Shown here in pieces: positions 1 through 13,934 of a stretch of 64,000 bases of DNA; position 1 is the stretch's first letter, and each line of letters begins with the position of its first letter. The notes beneath the pieces were generated by a model that saw only the letters and a list, made by a program, of their open reading frames with translations, was not told where the DNA came from and ran no database searches. Source of the DNA: Camelus dromedarius (lineage: Eukaryota); the NCBI RefSeq assembly GCF_036321535.1, contig NC_087436.1, forward strand, positions 84,322,001 through 84,386,000. The letters run 5' to 3'. Made by a program: the position numbers and the translations under genes.

Positions 1-870
1 CTTGTACCTGCATCAATCGACAGAGGATGACTCCAGTGACATAATGTGACTTCCGAGGCCAAGTCATAAAAAAAAAAACCATGTAGCTTCCACCTAGTTC
101 TTTTGGAATGCTTATCCTTGGGGCACTCCATTTTAGGGTATTCCTTCTCAGAACACAGCTGCCATGCTGAGGGAGGGCCAAGCCACACAGAGAGGCCATA
201 CAAAGGTGCCCCCGCATATATTCCTAACTAAGTCTAGCCTTCAAGTCAGCCCCACGTAGGCACCGTCAAAAGGTGCTGTTACGGACTGAATGCCTGTCTT
301 CCCCACACCCCCGCCAAATTCATAGTCCTAACCCCTCAATGCAACGGTGCTAGGAGGTGGGGCCTCTGAGAGGCAGGTAATTTGCTTTATATGAGGACAC
401 AAGGATAGAACCTCCATAACGAGATTAGTGCGCTTATAAGACAAGGAAGAGAGAGCAGAACTCTGTGCACAAAGCATAGGTCATGTGACACACAGCAAGA
501 GGGTGGCTGTCTACAACCAGGAAGAGGGCTCTCACCAAGAAAAGAATCTACTGGCACCTTGATCTTGGGTTTCTCAGCCCCCAGAACTGTGAGAAATAAA
601 TGTTTGTTGTTAAAGCCGCCCAGTCTAGGGTGCTACAGCGGCCCAAGCTGAGGCAGGTGTGAAGGAGACTTCCGCTGGTTCCGGCCCCTTACCAGTTCAC
701 ACACCCAAGCCATTAGAAGTACCCCAGTTGAGGCCCCAGACATTCCTGGAGCAGACACAAGCCATACCTGCTTGCCCTATCAGAACTTCTGACTCATAAA
801 AGCCTTGAGCATGATACAATGGCTGCTGTTGTACATCACTAAGTCTGGGGGCAGTTCAGCATAAAGTTAA
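1..870 (+). mobile_element. Old MaLR (MLT1-type) LTR interrupted by a second MLT1 LTR at 277-655
   Basis: Inner element TG...CA with cagaactgtgagaaataaatgtttgttgttaaagcc hallmark and near 5-bp TSD ggtgc/ggtgt; outer halves carry MLT1-like motifs. Confidence 0.7.
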
Positions 871-903
871 CCAAATCAGAACTTTAAGGACGAGTTCTCT
901 GTT

Positions 904-2032
904 CAGGCATATCTCACTTTATTTGCACTTCTCTTTATTGCACTTTGCAGATACTGCGTTTTTTTTTTTACAAATTGAAGGTTTGTGGCAACTCTGCATC
1001 AAGCAAGTCTATCAGCACCATTTTCCCAACAGCATTTGCTCACTTTGTGCCTCTGTGTCACATCTGGGTAATTCTCACAATATTTCAAACTTTTCCATTA
1101 TTATTATATTATGCTGATCTGTGGTCAGTGATCTTTGACGCTACTATTGCAAAAAGATTACAACTCACTGAAGGCTCAGTTGACGGTTAGTAATTTTTGC
1201 AGTAAAATACTTTTTAATTTTTATTTTATTTTGGGGGAATGCTTTAATATGTAATATTCATTAATATAATCATATTTGCACTGATATAGTCATAAAATAT
1301 TAAATGTATATTTGATGAAGGAAGTGGCCTACAAAACCAAGTGAGTAAGCAGACATAGAAAACTGATGGTTACCGCAGGGGAAAGGGGGTGGGGAGAGCC
1401 AAACCGGGAGTTCAAGATCTGCAAATACCAACCACTACACATAAAATAGATAAACAGTAAGTTTATACTGTATAGCACAGGGAACCATACTCAACATCCT
1501 GCAGCAACCTATTATGAAAAAGAATATGAAAACAAATGTATGCATGCATATGCACGACTGAAACACTATGCTGCACACCAGAAACCAACACTACATTGCA
1601 AACTGACTGTACTTCAACAAAAAAATAGGAAAAAAAACTCCAAAACCAAGTGAGTAGGGACCATAAAAGTCACCCATGAAAGTCACAATGTGGTCTTGGG
1701 GACAGGGACCCCAGCAAGTCTCTAAGGGATTTGGGAAGCACCTAGAAAATTGATCAAAATGTAGACTCCTGGGCCCAGATTCCTGGCAGTCAGATGCAGC
1801 TTGTGGTGAGCCCAGGAATCTGCGTAAAGTATTTTTTAAATTAAGGTATGTACATTGTTTTTTCAGACAAACTGCTATTGCACACTTAAAAGACTACAGT
1901 AGTGTAAACATAACTTTTGTATGTTATGTTTATAATATATAACCAAAAAATTCGTGTAACTTGCTTTATTGTAATTTTTGCTTTCTTGGGGTGGTCTAGG
2001 ACCAAACCCACAATATCTCCAAGGTATACCTG
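904..2032 (+). mobile_element. Internally deleted Tigger1-type DNA transposon, split by an insert at ~1215-1825
   Basis: Termini caggcatatctc... and ...aaggtatacctg(ta); Tigger1-like acaaattgaaggtttgtggcaac. Confidence 0.8.
1348..1640 (+). mobile_element. 5'-truncated L1 3'UTR with A-tail
   Basis: tactgtatagcacagggaac motif, A-rich tail, exact 16-bp TSD caaaaccaagtgagta (1332-1347, 1641-1656). Confidence 0.85.
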
Positions 2033-2039
2033 TATTGGT

Positions 2040-2740
2040 TCTAGACTATCTAGAATTTGTTTTCTCAGTTGATTAGATTTAAAGGTATTAATGATCTTAT
2101 TGCCAGTGGTTTAAAAAAAAGTTAAAAAGACCTGGTAGTCCATGGCATGCACTGGCAAAACAGAAAGCAAGATTTGGGTGGTGACAGCTGCTAACAGAGA
2201 TCATTTTAGTGAAATAAAGTAGTGGGATTGGCTCACTGCTTCTAATGCACTAGAGAACTTGAGGAAAGAAATAATCAGCTCAGGCCTTTAAATTTTCACC
2301 TTAAAGTACAGTTAAGGGACCAGAAAGTTTGTGTGACTTACCCAGAAGAAACTCTTATCTTCTGTGGTCACAGGACTGAAAATTCTGAAAACCAAACTCA
2401 AAATCTAATTTTGTGAGTAGCAAATTATAGCGCAAATTGAATTCCCAAACTTACATAGTCTCCTATATTAAACTTAGAGCAATGAATGGGAAGGAATGGG
2501 ACCCTGAAAATTGGACCAGGAACATACAGGCAATGAAGCTGGGTACTTTAAACTCCTGCTTACTGCCGAGCCTTCCTTACCGATAAAATCAGCCCTTCCT
2601 CCCCTTCCTGAGGAGGCTAGACACCCCTTTCCTAAAGAACCTATAACGGCTTCCCCTGAAGTAAATACCTTCCAGGGAACTGCTGACCTACCCTACTCTC
2701 TCTCATTGCTTCTAGTTCTATGACCAGACCCAAGTCCCAG
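2040..2740 (+). mobile_element. Degenerate ERVL-like internal (gag-region) fragment
   Basis: Resembles ERVL gag as recalled (gggaaggaatgggaccctgaaaattgga; Pro-rich remnant ORF); frame broken. Confidence 0.55.
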
Positions 2741-3006
2741 CTGCCATAACAGTTTTCCAAAGACATCTCCATCAGCTCCCACGATTGCCTAAGGCTAAAT
2801 TTACATTACTCATACTGGCTCTGCTTCTCTCATAAAATCCTGACAGATACCTTAGGCACAGGGGAGAGAGTTTAAAAAACTTCATTTGATGAGAGGGGAA
2901 AATAAAAACAAAGAAAAGGAAAATACACACCTAGGAGTAAGAGGGAGCACATTACAATTACATACTCATTACATGTTACAAAGTCTATTAGGAATTTTTT
3001 CTTTCA

Positions 3007-3282
<276 letters not shown>

Positions 3283-4799
3283 CTACCAGACTGGTGTTTC
3301 TCAAAGTTGTTTCACTATGACCCAAGGTAAGAAGCACATTTTATATTGTGATACAGTGTATGTAAGTCTGTGCATATATCTGAAACAAAATGATCATGGA
3401 ACAATGCTTTCCCTAGGCAATGCATTCTGATTTTTAAAATTTCATTTGATAAAAACAAAACAAAACAAAAAAACGGAATTGATTTCATGATCCACTAATG
3501 GATTGAGACTTCCAGTTTAAAAAATATTTTACTTCCTACTCAAACCTCATATCAAAACCCTGATACAAGAATTCCAGTCATTACCAAGGACCCTTCTGTG
3601 ATGGCCAGTATCCTCTGCAGTGCAGTTTGAAATACTGCTGGTCATAACTCCCAGCAACTCGGTTGATTTTCCCACATAGTCCTTTCCCGGAACAGAAACC
3701 TATCAACCATCAAACCTACAAACAAACCTAATATGGAAAAAAGTTTTTCGCGAATGAATCTGACTACCCTCTAGGGGTAGTCTGTTAGTTTTTTTAATTG
3801 ATTTATAGTTGACATACCATAGGATTTACCTTTTAAAAGTGTACAATTCAGTGGTTTCTAGAATACACTCAAAATTGTGCGACTATTACCACTATCTAAA
3901 TTCAGAACGTTTTCAACAGCCTGAAGAGATATCCCATACCTATTACCTGTCCCTCTCCCCCCCACCCCTAGGAACTACTAATTGACTTTCTGTCTCTATG
4001 GATTTGCCTATTCTGGAAATTTCAAATAAACAGAGTCATCCAAATATGTAGCCTTTTGTGTCTGGCTTCCTCCACACAGCATATTTTCAAGATTCATGTA
4101 TCAGTATGTCATTCCTTTTATGGCTGAATTCCATTATTTAAATTTGCCACAGTTTGTTTATCCATGCATCCACTGATGAACATTTGAGTTGTTTCTACTT
4201 TTTGGCTATTATGGAATGTTACTGTCAATATCTATGTACAAGTTTTTGTGTGAACTTATGTTTACATTATGTTTTGAATTCAATTGGGTACATGCCTGGG
4301 AGTGGAACTGCTGACCATATGATGACTCTATGTTTAAAATTTGAGAAACTGGAAAACTATTTTCCACATAAGCTGCACCATTTTACATTCCCAACAGAAA
4401 TGTATGAGGGTTTCAATTTCTCCACATCCTCTGCAACACAAGTTACTTTTTGTTTATTAATTATTATTATTACTGCCATTCTAGAGGTAAGTAGTAGAGC
4501 TTATGGTTTTAATGTGCAATTCCAAGATGACTAATGATAGTTAGCATCTTTTCATGTGCTTCTTCTTGTGTATGAATTTGACTTGGTAGTCTGGTATGAT
4601 TTGAGTTGGTGCTGTGTATAAGTAGAATCATACAGTGTTTTTGTGTGACTGACTTATTTCATTTAGCATAATGTACTCAAGGTTCATCCATGTTGTAGCA
4701 TGTGTCAGGATTTTCCTTTTTAAAGGCTGAGTAATACTCCATTGCATGTATTGTTTCATTCTTTTTGATGTTACTGCAAATGGGATTGTTTCTAAATTT

Positions 4800-5302
4800 C
4801 TTTTTTTTTTTGAAATATAGTCAGTTTACAATGTTGTATCAATTTCTGGTATGCCACAAATGTTTCAGTCATACACATACATACATATATTCATTTTCAT
4901 ATTCTTTTTCATTATAGGTTACTATAAGATATTGAATATAGTTACCTGTGCTATACAGAAGAAACTTGTTGTCTACCTATTTTATATACAGCAGTTCATA
5001 TCTGCAAATCTCGAACTCCAATTTATCCCTTCCCACCCTCTTTCCCCCCCGGTAACCATAAGTTTGTTTTCTATGTCTGTGTCTGTTTCTGTTTTGTAAA
5101 TAAGTTTGTGTCCTTTTATTTTTTTTAAGATTCCATATATGAATGATATCACATGGTATTCTTCTTTCTCTTTCTGGCTTACTTCACTTAGAACGACAAT
5201 CTCCAGGTCCATCCATGTTGCTGCAAATGGCATTATTTTATTCTTTTTATGGCTGAGTAGTATTCCACTGTATAAATATATCACAACTTCTTTATCCAGT
5301 CA
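4800..5302 (-). mobile_element. Younger L1 3' end nested in the old L1
   Basis: Poly-T head, minus-strand IMPFAATWMDLE, 13-bp near-TSD tgtttctaaattt/tgtttcttaattt (4787-4799, 5303-5315). Confidence 0.85.
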
Positions 5303-7405
5303 TGTTTCTTAATTTAATTTTCAGATTGTTTTTAGTGGATAGATACACAATTGATTTCTGTATATTGATCTTAGAGTCTGTGCGTTCCTGAACTCATTTA
5401 TTAGCTCTAATAGTTTTAATGTTAATTCCCTGAGATTTTCTATATATAAGATCCTGTCACCTATGAGTAGAGATAGTTTTACTTTTTCCTTTCCAACCTC
5501 AATACCTTTTATTTCTTTTATTGCCTAATTGTCCTGACTCAAATCTCCAGTAGGATGTTGAATGGAAGTGGTGAGAACTGATGTTCTTGTCTTATTCCTG
5601 ATCTTAGGGTGAAAGCATTCAGTCTTTTACCATCAATTATGATGTTAGCTGTGGGGTTTTTGTAGATGTCCCTTATCAAGTTGAGTAAGTTCACTTCTAT
5701 ATATAGTTTGTTGAGCATGGTGTGTGTTAAATTTTGTCAAATGCTTTTTCTGAGTCTATTCAGATAATCACGTGGTTTTGGTTTTTTTATTCTATTGATT
5801 TGCTGTATTACCTTGACTTTAGTATGTTGAACCAATCCAATACAGAATACAATATTTCTGTATTCCTGGGAGAAATCCAACTTGGTCATGGTGTATAATT
5901 ATTTTTATATGTAGTTGGACTTGCTTTGCTAGTATTTTGGTGCGATTGTTGCCTAGATATTTGAACTTGAAATGTAGCATTTTCATATGAATTGTTACAT
6001 ATATATTCATAAGAGATACTGTCTGTCATTTTCTTCTCTTGTATGACCTTTTCTGGTTTTGGTATCAGGTAATATGGACCTCATGGAATGAGTTGAGAAG
6101 TGACCTATTTTTTTAAAGAATCTGAAGGATTGGTGTTAGTTCTTCTCTAAACATATCATTGAACTCATCAATGAAGACATCTGGTCTTGAGCCATTCATA
6201 GGAAGTTTTTGTAAATTATTAATTAAATCTCTTGTTATAGGTTTGCTGAGATTTTCTATTATTTTGTCAGTTTCAGTAGTTTGTCTTTCTAGGGATTTGT
6301 CCATTCCACTTATGTTATCTAATCTGTTGCTCTTACAACTGCTCATAGTAATCCCATATAATCCTTTTTTATTTCTATAAAGTAAATAGCAATAACCCTT
6401 CTTTTGCAAATGAATCCTTAGAAAGGTCCCTTCTTTCTTTCATGATTTTAGTAATTTGAGTCTTCCGTCTTTTTGTCTTCATAAGTCTAGCCGAAGTCTT
6501 GTTTTTTGATTTTTTTTCAAAGAGCCAACTTCTGGCTTTGTTGATTTTCTCTGTTTTTCTAGTTTCTATTTAATTTATTTTCACTCTAATCTTTATTATT
6601 TCCTTCTTTCTGCTTGTTTTGAATTAGTTTGCTTTTCCACTTGTAATCTCTTAAAATGGAAGATTAGGTTATGATTTGTGATCTTTTTTACTTTTTTATG
6701 TAGGCATTTACAGTTAAAATTTCCCACTAATCACTACTTCAGCTGCATCTCATAAGTTTTGGTATGTTGTGTTTTCATTTAATAAAATATCAAAGTGGTT
6801 TCTTCTTTGACTCATTGTTTAGGAGTGTATTTAATTTCACATATTTAAAATTTTTCTTCTGCTATTGGTTTCTAATTTCATTTCACTGTGATCAGAGAAC
6901 TAGTTTTGTATGTATTCAATTCTTTTAAATTTATTGACACTTGCTTTATGATCTAATATATTACTATCCTAGAGAACATTTCAGTTGAGAAGAACAAGTG
7001 TTCTGCTTATTGTTGGGTGTACTGTTGTATAAGTGTCAGTTAGGTATTGTTGGTTTAGTGTTGTTCCAGCCTTCTATTTCCTTGTTGATCTGTGTGTTGT
7101 TCTTCTTATTATTTAAAGTGGAATACTGAAAAATTCAACTAGTATTGAATTCTCTCTTTCTCTCTTCAGTTCTACCAGGTTTTGTTTCATCTGCTTTGGG
7201 GTCCTGTTGTTAGATGTACACAATGTTTGTCTTAAAGTCTATATTGTCTGATATAAGTATAGCCACTCACTGTGGCTGGTTTTCATCGTATATCTTTTTC
7301 TATCCTTTTACTTTCAGACTTCAGCCTACTTGTTTCTTTGAATCTAAAGGATGTGTCTCATAGAGAGCATATTATTGAGTACATGTTTTTTTTAATCCAT
7401 TCTGT

Positions 7406-7483
7406 CAATCCCTGCATTTTGATTAGAGTGTTCAATTCATTTGCCAATCCCTGCCTTTTGATTAGAGTGTTCAATTCATTTGC
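7406..7483. repeat. 39-bp tandem duplication
   Basis: caatccctgc(a/c)ttttgattagagtgttcaattcatttgc twice, one mismatch. Confidence 0.9.
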
Positions 7484-9199
7484 ATTTAATATATTACTCA
7501 CAACATAGAATTTCTGCCTGTAATTTTCTATGTTTTTCGTATGTTACATCTTTTTTGTTCCTCTACTCAACCATTCCTCTCTTCTTCCATGTTAGATTTT
7601 TTTCTAGTGTACCATTTTAATTCCCTTGTTATTTTAAAAACTATTTTCTTAGTTGTTGCCCTGTATGTCTTAACTTATAACATTCTAATTCAAGTTAATA
7701 TCACTCCATTCCCTCCCTGTTTTTTTAAATACATTATATGCCCAACAACACAGATTTATAATTATTGTTTTATGCAGTTGTCTTTTAAATCAGGTAGAAG
7801 AATAAAAGAGCTATAAAAAGAAAAACACAATTATCCTGTCTTTCATATTTACCTGTGTAATTAACTCTATTGATGCCCTTTATTTCTTCATGTAGATTTG
7901 AGTTATTGTCTAGCGTCTTTTCACTTTAGCCCAAAGGAATCCCTTTAGTATTTACTGTAAAACAAGCCTGCTGGTGATGAATTTTCTCAGTTTTTGTTTA
8001 TCTGGAAATGTCTTAATTTCTTTATTTTTGAAGTATGGTTTTGTTAGATAGAATATTCTCAGCCAATAGTATTTTTCTTTCAGTGCTTTAACTGTGTCAT
8101 GCCTCTGCCTTCTGGCCTCCATGGTTTCTGACAAGAAGTCATCTGTTAATCTTACTGCAGATCCTTTGTATATGGTGAGTTACTTCTCTTGCTTTCAAGA
8201 TTTTCTCTTTGTCTCTGGTTGTGGACAATTTGATTATGTTGTGTCAGGTTGTGGATCTTTTTGAGTTTATCATACTTGGAGTTTGTTAAGTTTCTTGGAT
8301 ATGTAGCTTAATGTTTTTCATCTAACCTAGGAAACTTTGGGCCATTATTTCTTCAAACATTCCTTCTGCTCCTCTATCTCTTGACTCTCTTTATGAAATT
8401 CCCATTATGGATATGTTGATACTCTTGATGGTATCCCATAGGGCTATAAGGATTTGTTTATTTCATTCTTTTTTCTTTCTGTTTCTCAGACTTTATCATC
8501 TCAACTGACCTATCCTTAAGTGTGCTAATGCTTTCTTCTGACTACTCAAATCTGCTGTTGAGTTCTCCTGGTGAATCAGCTAAAATATATGTCACAAAGT
8601 CCAAGTTCATGTAATATACTTAATGGAGAGCACTGTCTTCACTAAGACCTGCATTTTCCCCTCACAAAATTCTAATGAGCTTGGTTATCTATTTCCAGCA
8701 CACAGAAGATCAGAAAAGAGACTGCTTAGAGACTATTCCCCCAATAAAAAGACAAATGACAGGAAAACTATGATATGTGAATATCGTAATTTAAAGAGGC
8801 CAGGCCACTTAACCTAAGAAATGTGCTTCATAATTAAACATTTTCTGAGAGGTTTTCTAAATTAAAGTATTACGTGATAGCTCATGTTCATCATAAAGAT
8901 CTCAAGCTAATGAAAAAGGTTACATGTATGTTCAGTATCAGAAGAATCTGCTTAGGAAAGCAGGGAAATGAACTTTCAAACATACAAAAAGTTTTAGCAT
9001 TCAAGGGGGTTTCACTTATATGAAAAATCAAACTTAGCTGTTTCAAAAAGTGGTGACAGTTAAATAAAGTATTATTTTAGTTTATAGATCTAGATCTATA
9101 ACTGCCAAATTTACATGCATATTTTAACTAAATTAGCAGATTTTGTTGAATGATAAATAAGCAAATGAAAAAATTCTGTGGAGGAATTGGGCCTCTTTT

Positions 9200-9820
9200 G
9201 CTGGATTCTATGATGGAAAAACACTCAAGCTGTCCAGTTCAACCTTTCTCTGAATGCTGGAATCTTTTCTAAAATTCATGTAAAGTCATCATTCCAGTTT
9301 GTGCTTGAATATTTTTATGGATTTGGTGGAGACTGCAGTTGACTTTTCCAGATAAACATTTTCATTACTGAACAGCTATCAGAAAGATTTTTCTACACTT
9401 AGCTGACATCAGCTGCTCTATAAATTCCTTGTTCTACTTCTAGTTCTAGGATCAAGATTCAGTAATTTTACTCTCACTTCTCCTTCTTTCAGATGCTAAG
9501 CCTTTAAACATTTGGTCACAGCTATCACTGCTTCCTTGGTGTCTTCTCTAAGCTAAACACATTCTTTCTCTTAACTATTTTTCATATAACATAGTTTCCA
9601 GAAGACTCAACAACTCATTCATCACCTTCTGAATAGTGTCAAATTTATCAACAGTTTCTTAGGGTACAACACCTGTAAGTGGACACATACACCTAATGTG
9701 TTCTGATTAATGTAGAGTACAGTGGTACTGTCACATTCCTGTAATTGTATACTGTACATATTCCAATAATGCAACCTAACATTTTTCCAACAACTTCATC
9801 ACAATCTTAGCTCCCATGTG
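9200..9820. mobile_element. CR1/L3-like ancient LINE fragment
   Basis: tcttctctaagctaaaca...gtagagtacagtgg motifs typical of L3; very degenerate. Confidence 0.5.
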
Positions 9821-10210
9821 AAAGGTATCACTTAAGCTATTTTTTAAAGACAAGGAGAAATTCAACATTTAAAGCAAAAGGAAGAGCATTTGCAAAGTCA
9901 CAGAGGCATAAGACAACATCAAGTTCTGTGAACTGCAAAAACCTGCAATGCTTCATTTGCATATTTTTAATTGGCTGATAATGGTAAGTTTAGTGTGAAT
10001 TTTAGCTTCACTACAATTTGAGTCAAATGTAATTATTGATGATGATCTTCTGATTACCTACAATTGCTGCAAATACTTGATTTTTCCCCTTGATCCTTTG
10101 AAAAACAAGTGGACTTCTATTTTATGAAAATGCATACACTAAAATAATAACAATATTGTGACATTTCACCAAATTACAGGAGAATTTATGGAGATTCTCA
10201 AGGTACTTTA

Positions 10211-10513
<303 letters not shown>

Positions 10514-11094
10514 TTATAACTATCAAGTTTTCAGCTGGCTTCTAATATCCTATTTCAAAACATAAAATTTCCTGTAACAAATAAAGTTCATTTTCTATAT
10601 AGACCAGGTAAATAGTTGTGATATGTGCTATGAAGGCACTGACTATGCACCAGAGGTGGAGGCTTTCAGAGTAGGTTTGTGAGGGGGTGGAAAGTTATGT
10701 GGAGGACAGTAGTCAGGGAAAGTCTCTCTAGAACTGACACCTATGCTGAGACTTAAAGGACCAAAAAGACTTCATCACTGTAGGCTCTGTAGACAGAGGG
10801 AGAATTTTATGCATAAGGTCTTGAGATGGGAAAGGTCTTGGTGTGTTTGAGAAATAAGCATTCTTTAAATAAACATATCATAAATACAGTTTTATATTTA
10901 AGTTTTTCCACTAAGTATTACAGCATAAGCATTTCCAAAGGTAATGAAATATAATACTCTTTTAAGAAATAAATTACTTTGGTGAATTTAAACACTTGGT
11001 AGAGACTTCCACTTTCAGACAAAATGGAAACATTAGGAACTAGGTTTTCCCACAGACTAAATTAAGTTTCAGTACCATCTTTTTTTCAACTTAG

Positions 11095-12620
11095 AAGAAA
11101 TCTTCAAAAATGGGCAAAAGATTTGAATAGACATTTCCCCAAAGAAGCTATACAAGTGGCCGATAAGTACATGAAAAGATGCTCAACATCAAAAGTCATT
11201 AAGAAAGTGCAAATGAAAAATACAATGAGTACTACTTCACCGGCACTAGGATGACTATCAAAAAGAGAGGCAATAACAAGTGTTGGCAAGGATGTGGCAA
11301 AGATATTGGAACCCTACACACTGCTAGTGGGATTGTAAAATGGCACAGTCACTTTAGAAAACAGTCTGGCAGTTCCCAAAAAAGTTAAACATACGATTAC
11401 CATATGAACCAATAATTCCATTCTTGCTATATACCCAAAAGAAATGAAAACATACCTCTACACAAAAACCTGTACAAAAATGTTCATAGCAGCATTATCA
11501 GTTACCAAAAAAGCAGAAATAATCCAAATGTCCAGTAACTGATGAATGGATAAATAAAGTGTGACAAATCTATACAGCAGAAATAAATCCAGCCATAAAA
11601 AGGAATGAAGTACTAATATGTCATACCACATACATAAACTTTGAAAAAACATTTTGCCAAGTAAAAGAAGCCAATTGCAAAGGACAACATATTGTATAAT
11701 TCCACTGAAATGAAATGTCCAGAATAGGCAAATTTCTAGAGGCAGGAAGTAGATTAATGGCTGCTTAGGGCTTGGGAAAGAAGTTAAAAGGAAGTAGGGA
11801 TTGACTGCTAATGGGTTCAGTGTTTCTTTTAGGGAAGACCAAAAAGTTCTAAGATTAAATTTTGGTGATGGTTACACACCCTGTGAATACGCTACAAAAC
11901 ACTTTACTGTAGACTTTAAATGAGTGAATTGTATGGTATATCTCAGTAAAGCTTTTTTTTTTTTTAAAGAAAGCCTGAAAGGATCAAAGCACTTATAAAT
12001 AATGGAATGATGACAAAGTTACAAAGCTCAAGAATATTACAGGAGTAGAAAAATATGCAGGAGCTAGCAAAGTAAAATTTATAGTGTCTGGTACCTAATA
12101 AAAAATCATCAGGTATACAAAGAAGCAGTAAATTATGACTGATCATGAGAAAAATCAATCCCTAGAAATAGACCCAGAAATGACATATTACAGAATTAGT
12201 AGGCAAGGACATTAAAAGATGGAGCACACTAAATAGAGATAAGATATAAAAATACCCAAATTGAACTTCTAGAGATAAAAACTATGTTGTATGAAAAAAA
12301 AAACCAAACCCTGTATAGGATTAACAGTAAGTACATTATACACTAGAGAGAAAAAGGTTTGTGAAAACATGGAGAGAAATAAAACAGAAAGAGAAAGAAA
12401 GAGAACAGATTCAATGAACTGTAGGACAACTTCGAGCAGCCTAATAAGTGTGTAATTGGAGCCCACAAAGAAGTAATAAATACCAATTCTATACATTTTC
12501 CAATTGATTGTATGAGGACAGCATTACCATAAATAAACAATGACACCACAAGAAACAAAGACATTACAAGACAACTACAGACCAATATCCCTCATGAACA
12601 TAGATACAAAAATTTTTAAA
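11095..12620 (+). mobile_element. L1M 3' end followed by rearranged L1 5'/ORF2 fragments
   Basis: aaatgggcaaaagatttgaatagacattt; NYRPISLMNIDTKI RT remnant at ~12570. Confidence 0.85.
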
Positions 12621-13303
12621 TGTTATTGGAACAAAGGCACACTCAGTTTACAAAAGTCTATGGCTGCTTTCCCAGCATTGCGTAGTTGGAATAGAGACTT
12701 TGTGGCCAACTTTATACCTGGCCCCTTCCAGGAAAAGTTTGCAGACTTCTGACTAAAGTTGTATACAGAAAGAGGTAGAGACATGGCCACCTCAATTATC
12801 TTGGAAACCAAACTTCAGATAAATAATAGTATCTTCAATTTTTTCCTTACTTTAATGTCCTTCACTGTCTGTACCCTTCCCCCATCCTCCCTCTACACTC
12901 TTTCCTCAAAGAGCCAACCAGCAGAAAGCCCAGTCATTCAACAAATATGCACTAAAAACAAATTGACAGTGGGCATCAAAAGCCTTAACAACATTTTTCC
13001 CTTCAGATGCCCTAATTAACTCATGGTAATTAAGCCAAGGGTGGTAAACAAAATGCGTCGTTTCATGCACAGATAAGTTCATCCACAACAGTGGTATATG
13101 GTACATATCCTTGCATAATACCCTAATTGTATTTAAAAAATCAAAATCCTGATAAACCAAAACACTGTAAGATGTAATGTAAGTGTGCAAGAGCTAAACA
13201 ATAGATGTTGCTCTGGAAAAGTTTTCCTATAGCATCAGACTGGAAACAGATATACAATCCCTAATCCTCAATAAATTCTGTGTTCATGATAACACACAAC
13301 CTA

Positions 13304-13486
<183 letters not shown>

Positions 13487-13934
13487 TCACTGCTGGTGGA
13501 CATCTTAGAAATAGCTCTTGACGATTTTTCTACTGATTTTACTTCATTTCAAGAACTATCTCTATTACAGAATTTTACAATTATCAGGCATCAGAAGTAG
13601 ACATACTACTTCTGGAAATTAAAATAAGAATAAAATAAGACTTTTATCAACTGTCTTAAAAGGTGGTAACCAAAAATGAACCTATTAATAAAATCATTCC
13701 CTTAATTTTCCTACTGGTTTCAAAGAGGGATGGGGTGGAAGGGAGTGTTCTAAGATTATTGACAGTTTTGGCAATATTCATAAGACATTTCATCGATGTA
13801 TACCTCTCATCAATGTATATGTGTATGAATCCATCAATGAAAAAAAGAATTTAAAGCATATTACATTTTTAATGTTTAAAACCAAGACTTTTAAAAATTC
13901 TTTTTAGATTATAGTTGTGAGATATGACATTAAT

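Larger units (their letters stand above)
3790..8580 (-). mobile_element. Old L1 (L1M-type) antisense block, with 3'UTR, ORF2 and ORF1 remnants
   Basis: T-rich; minus-strand remnants [12 protein letters not shown] (RT region) and EIKTFPDKQKLRKFIT (ORF1p). Confidence 0.88.
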
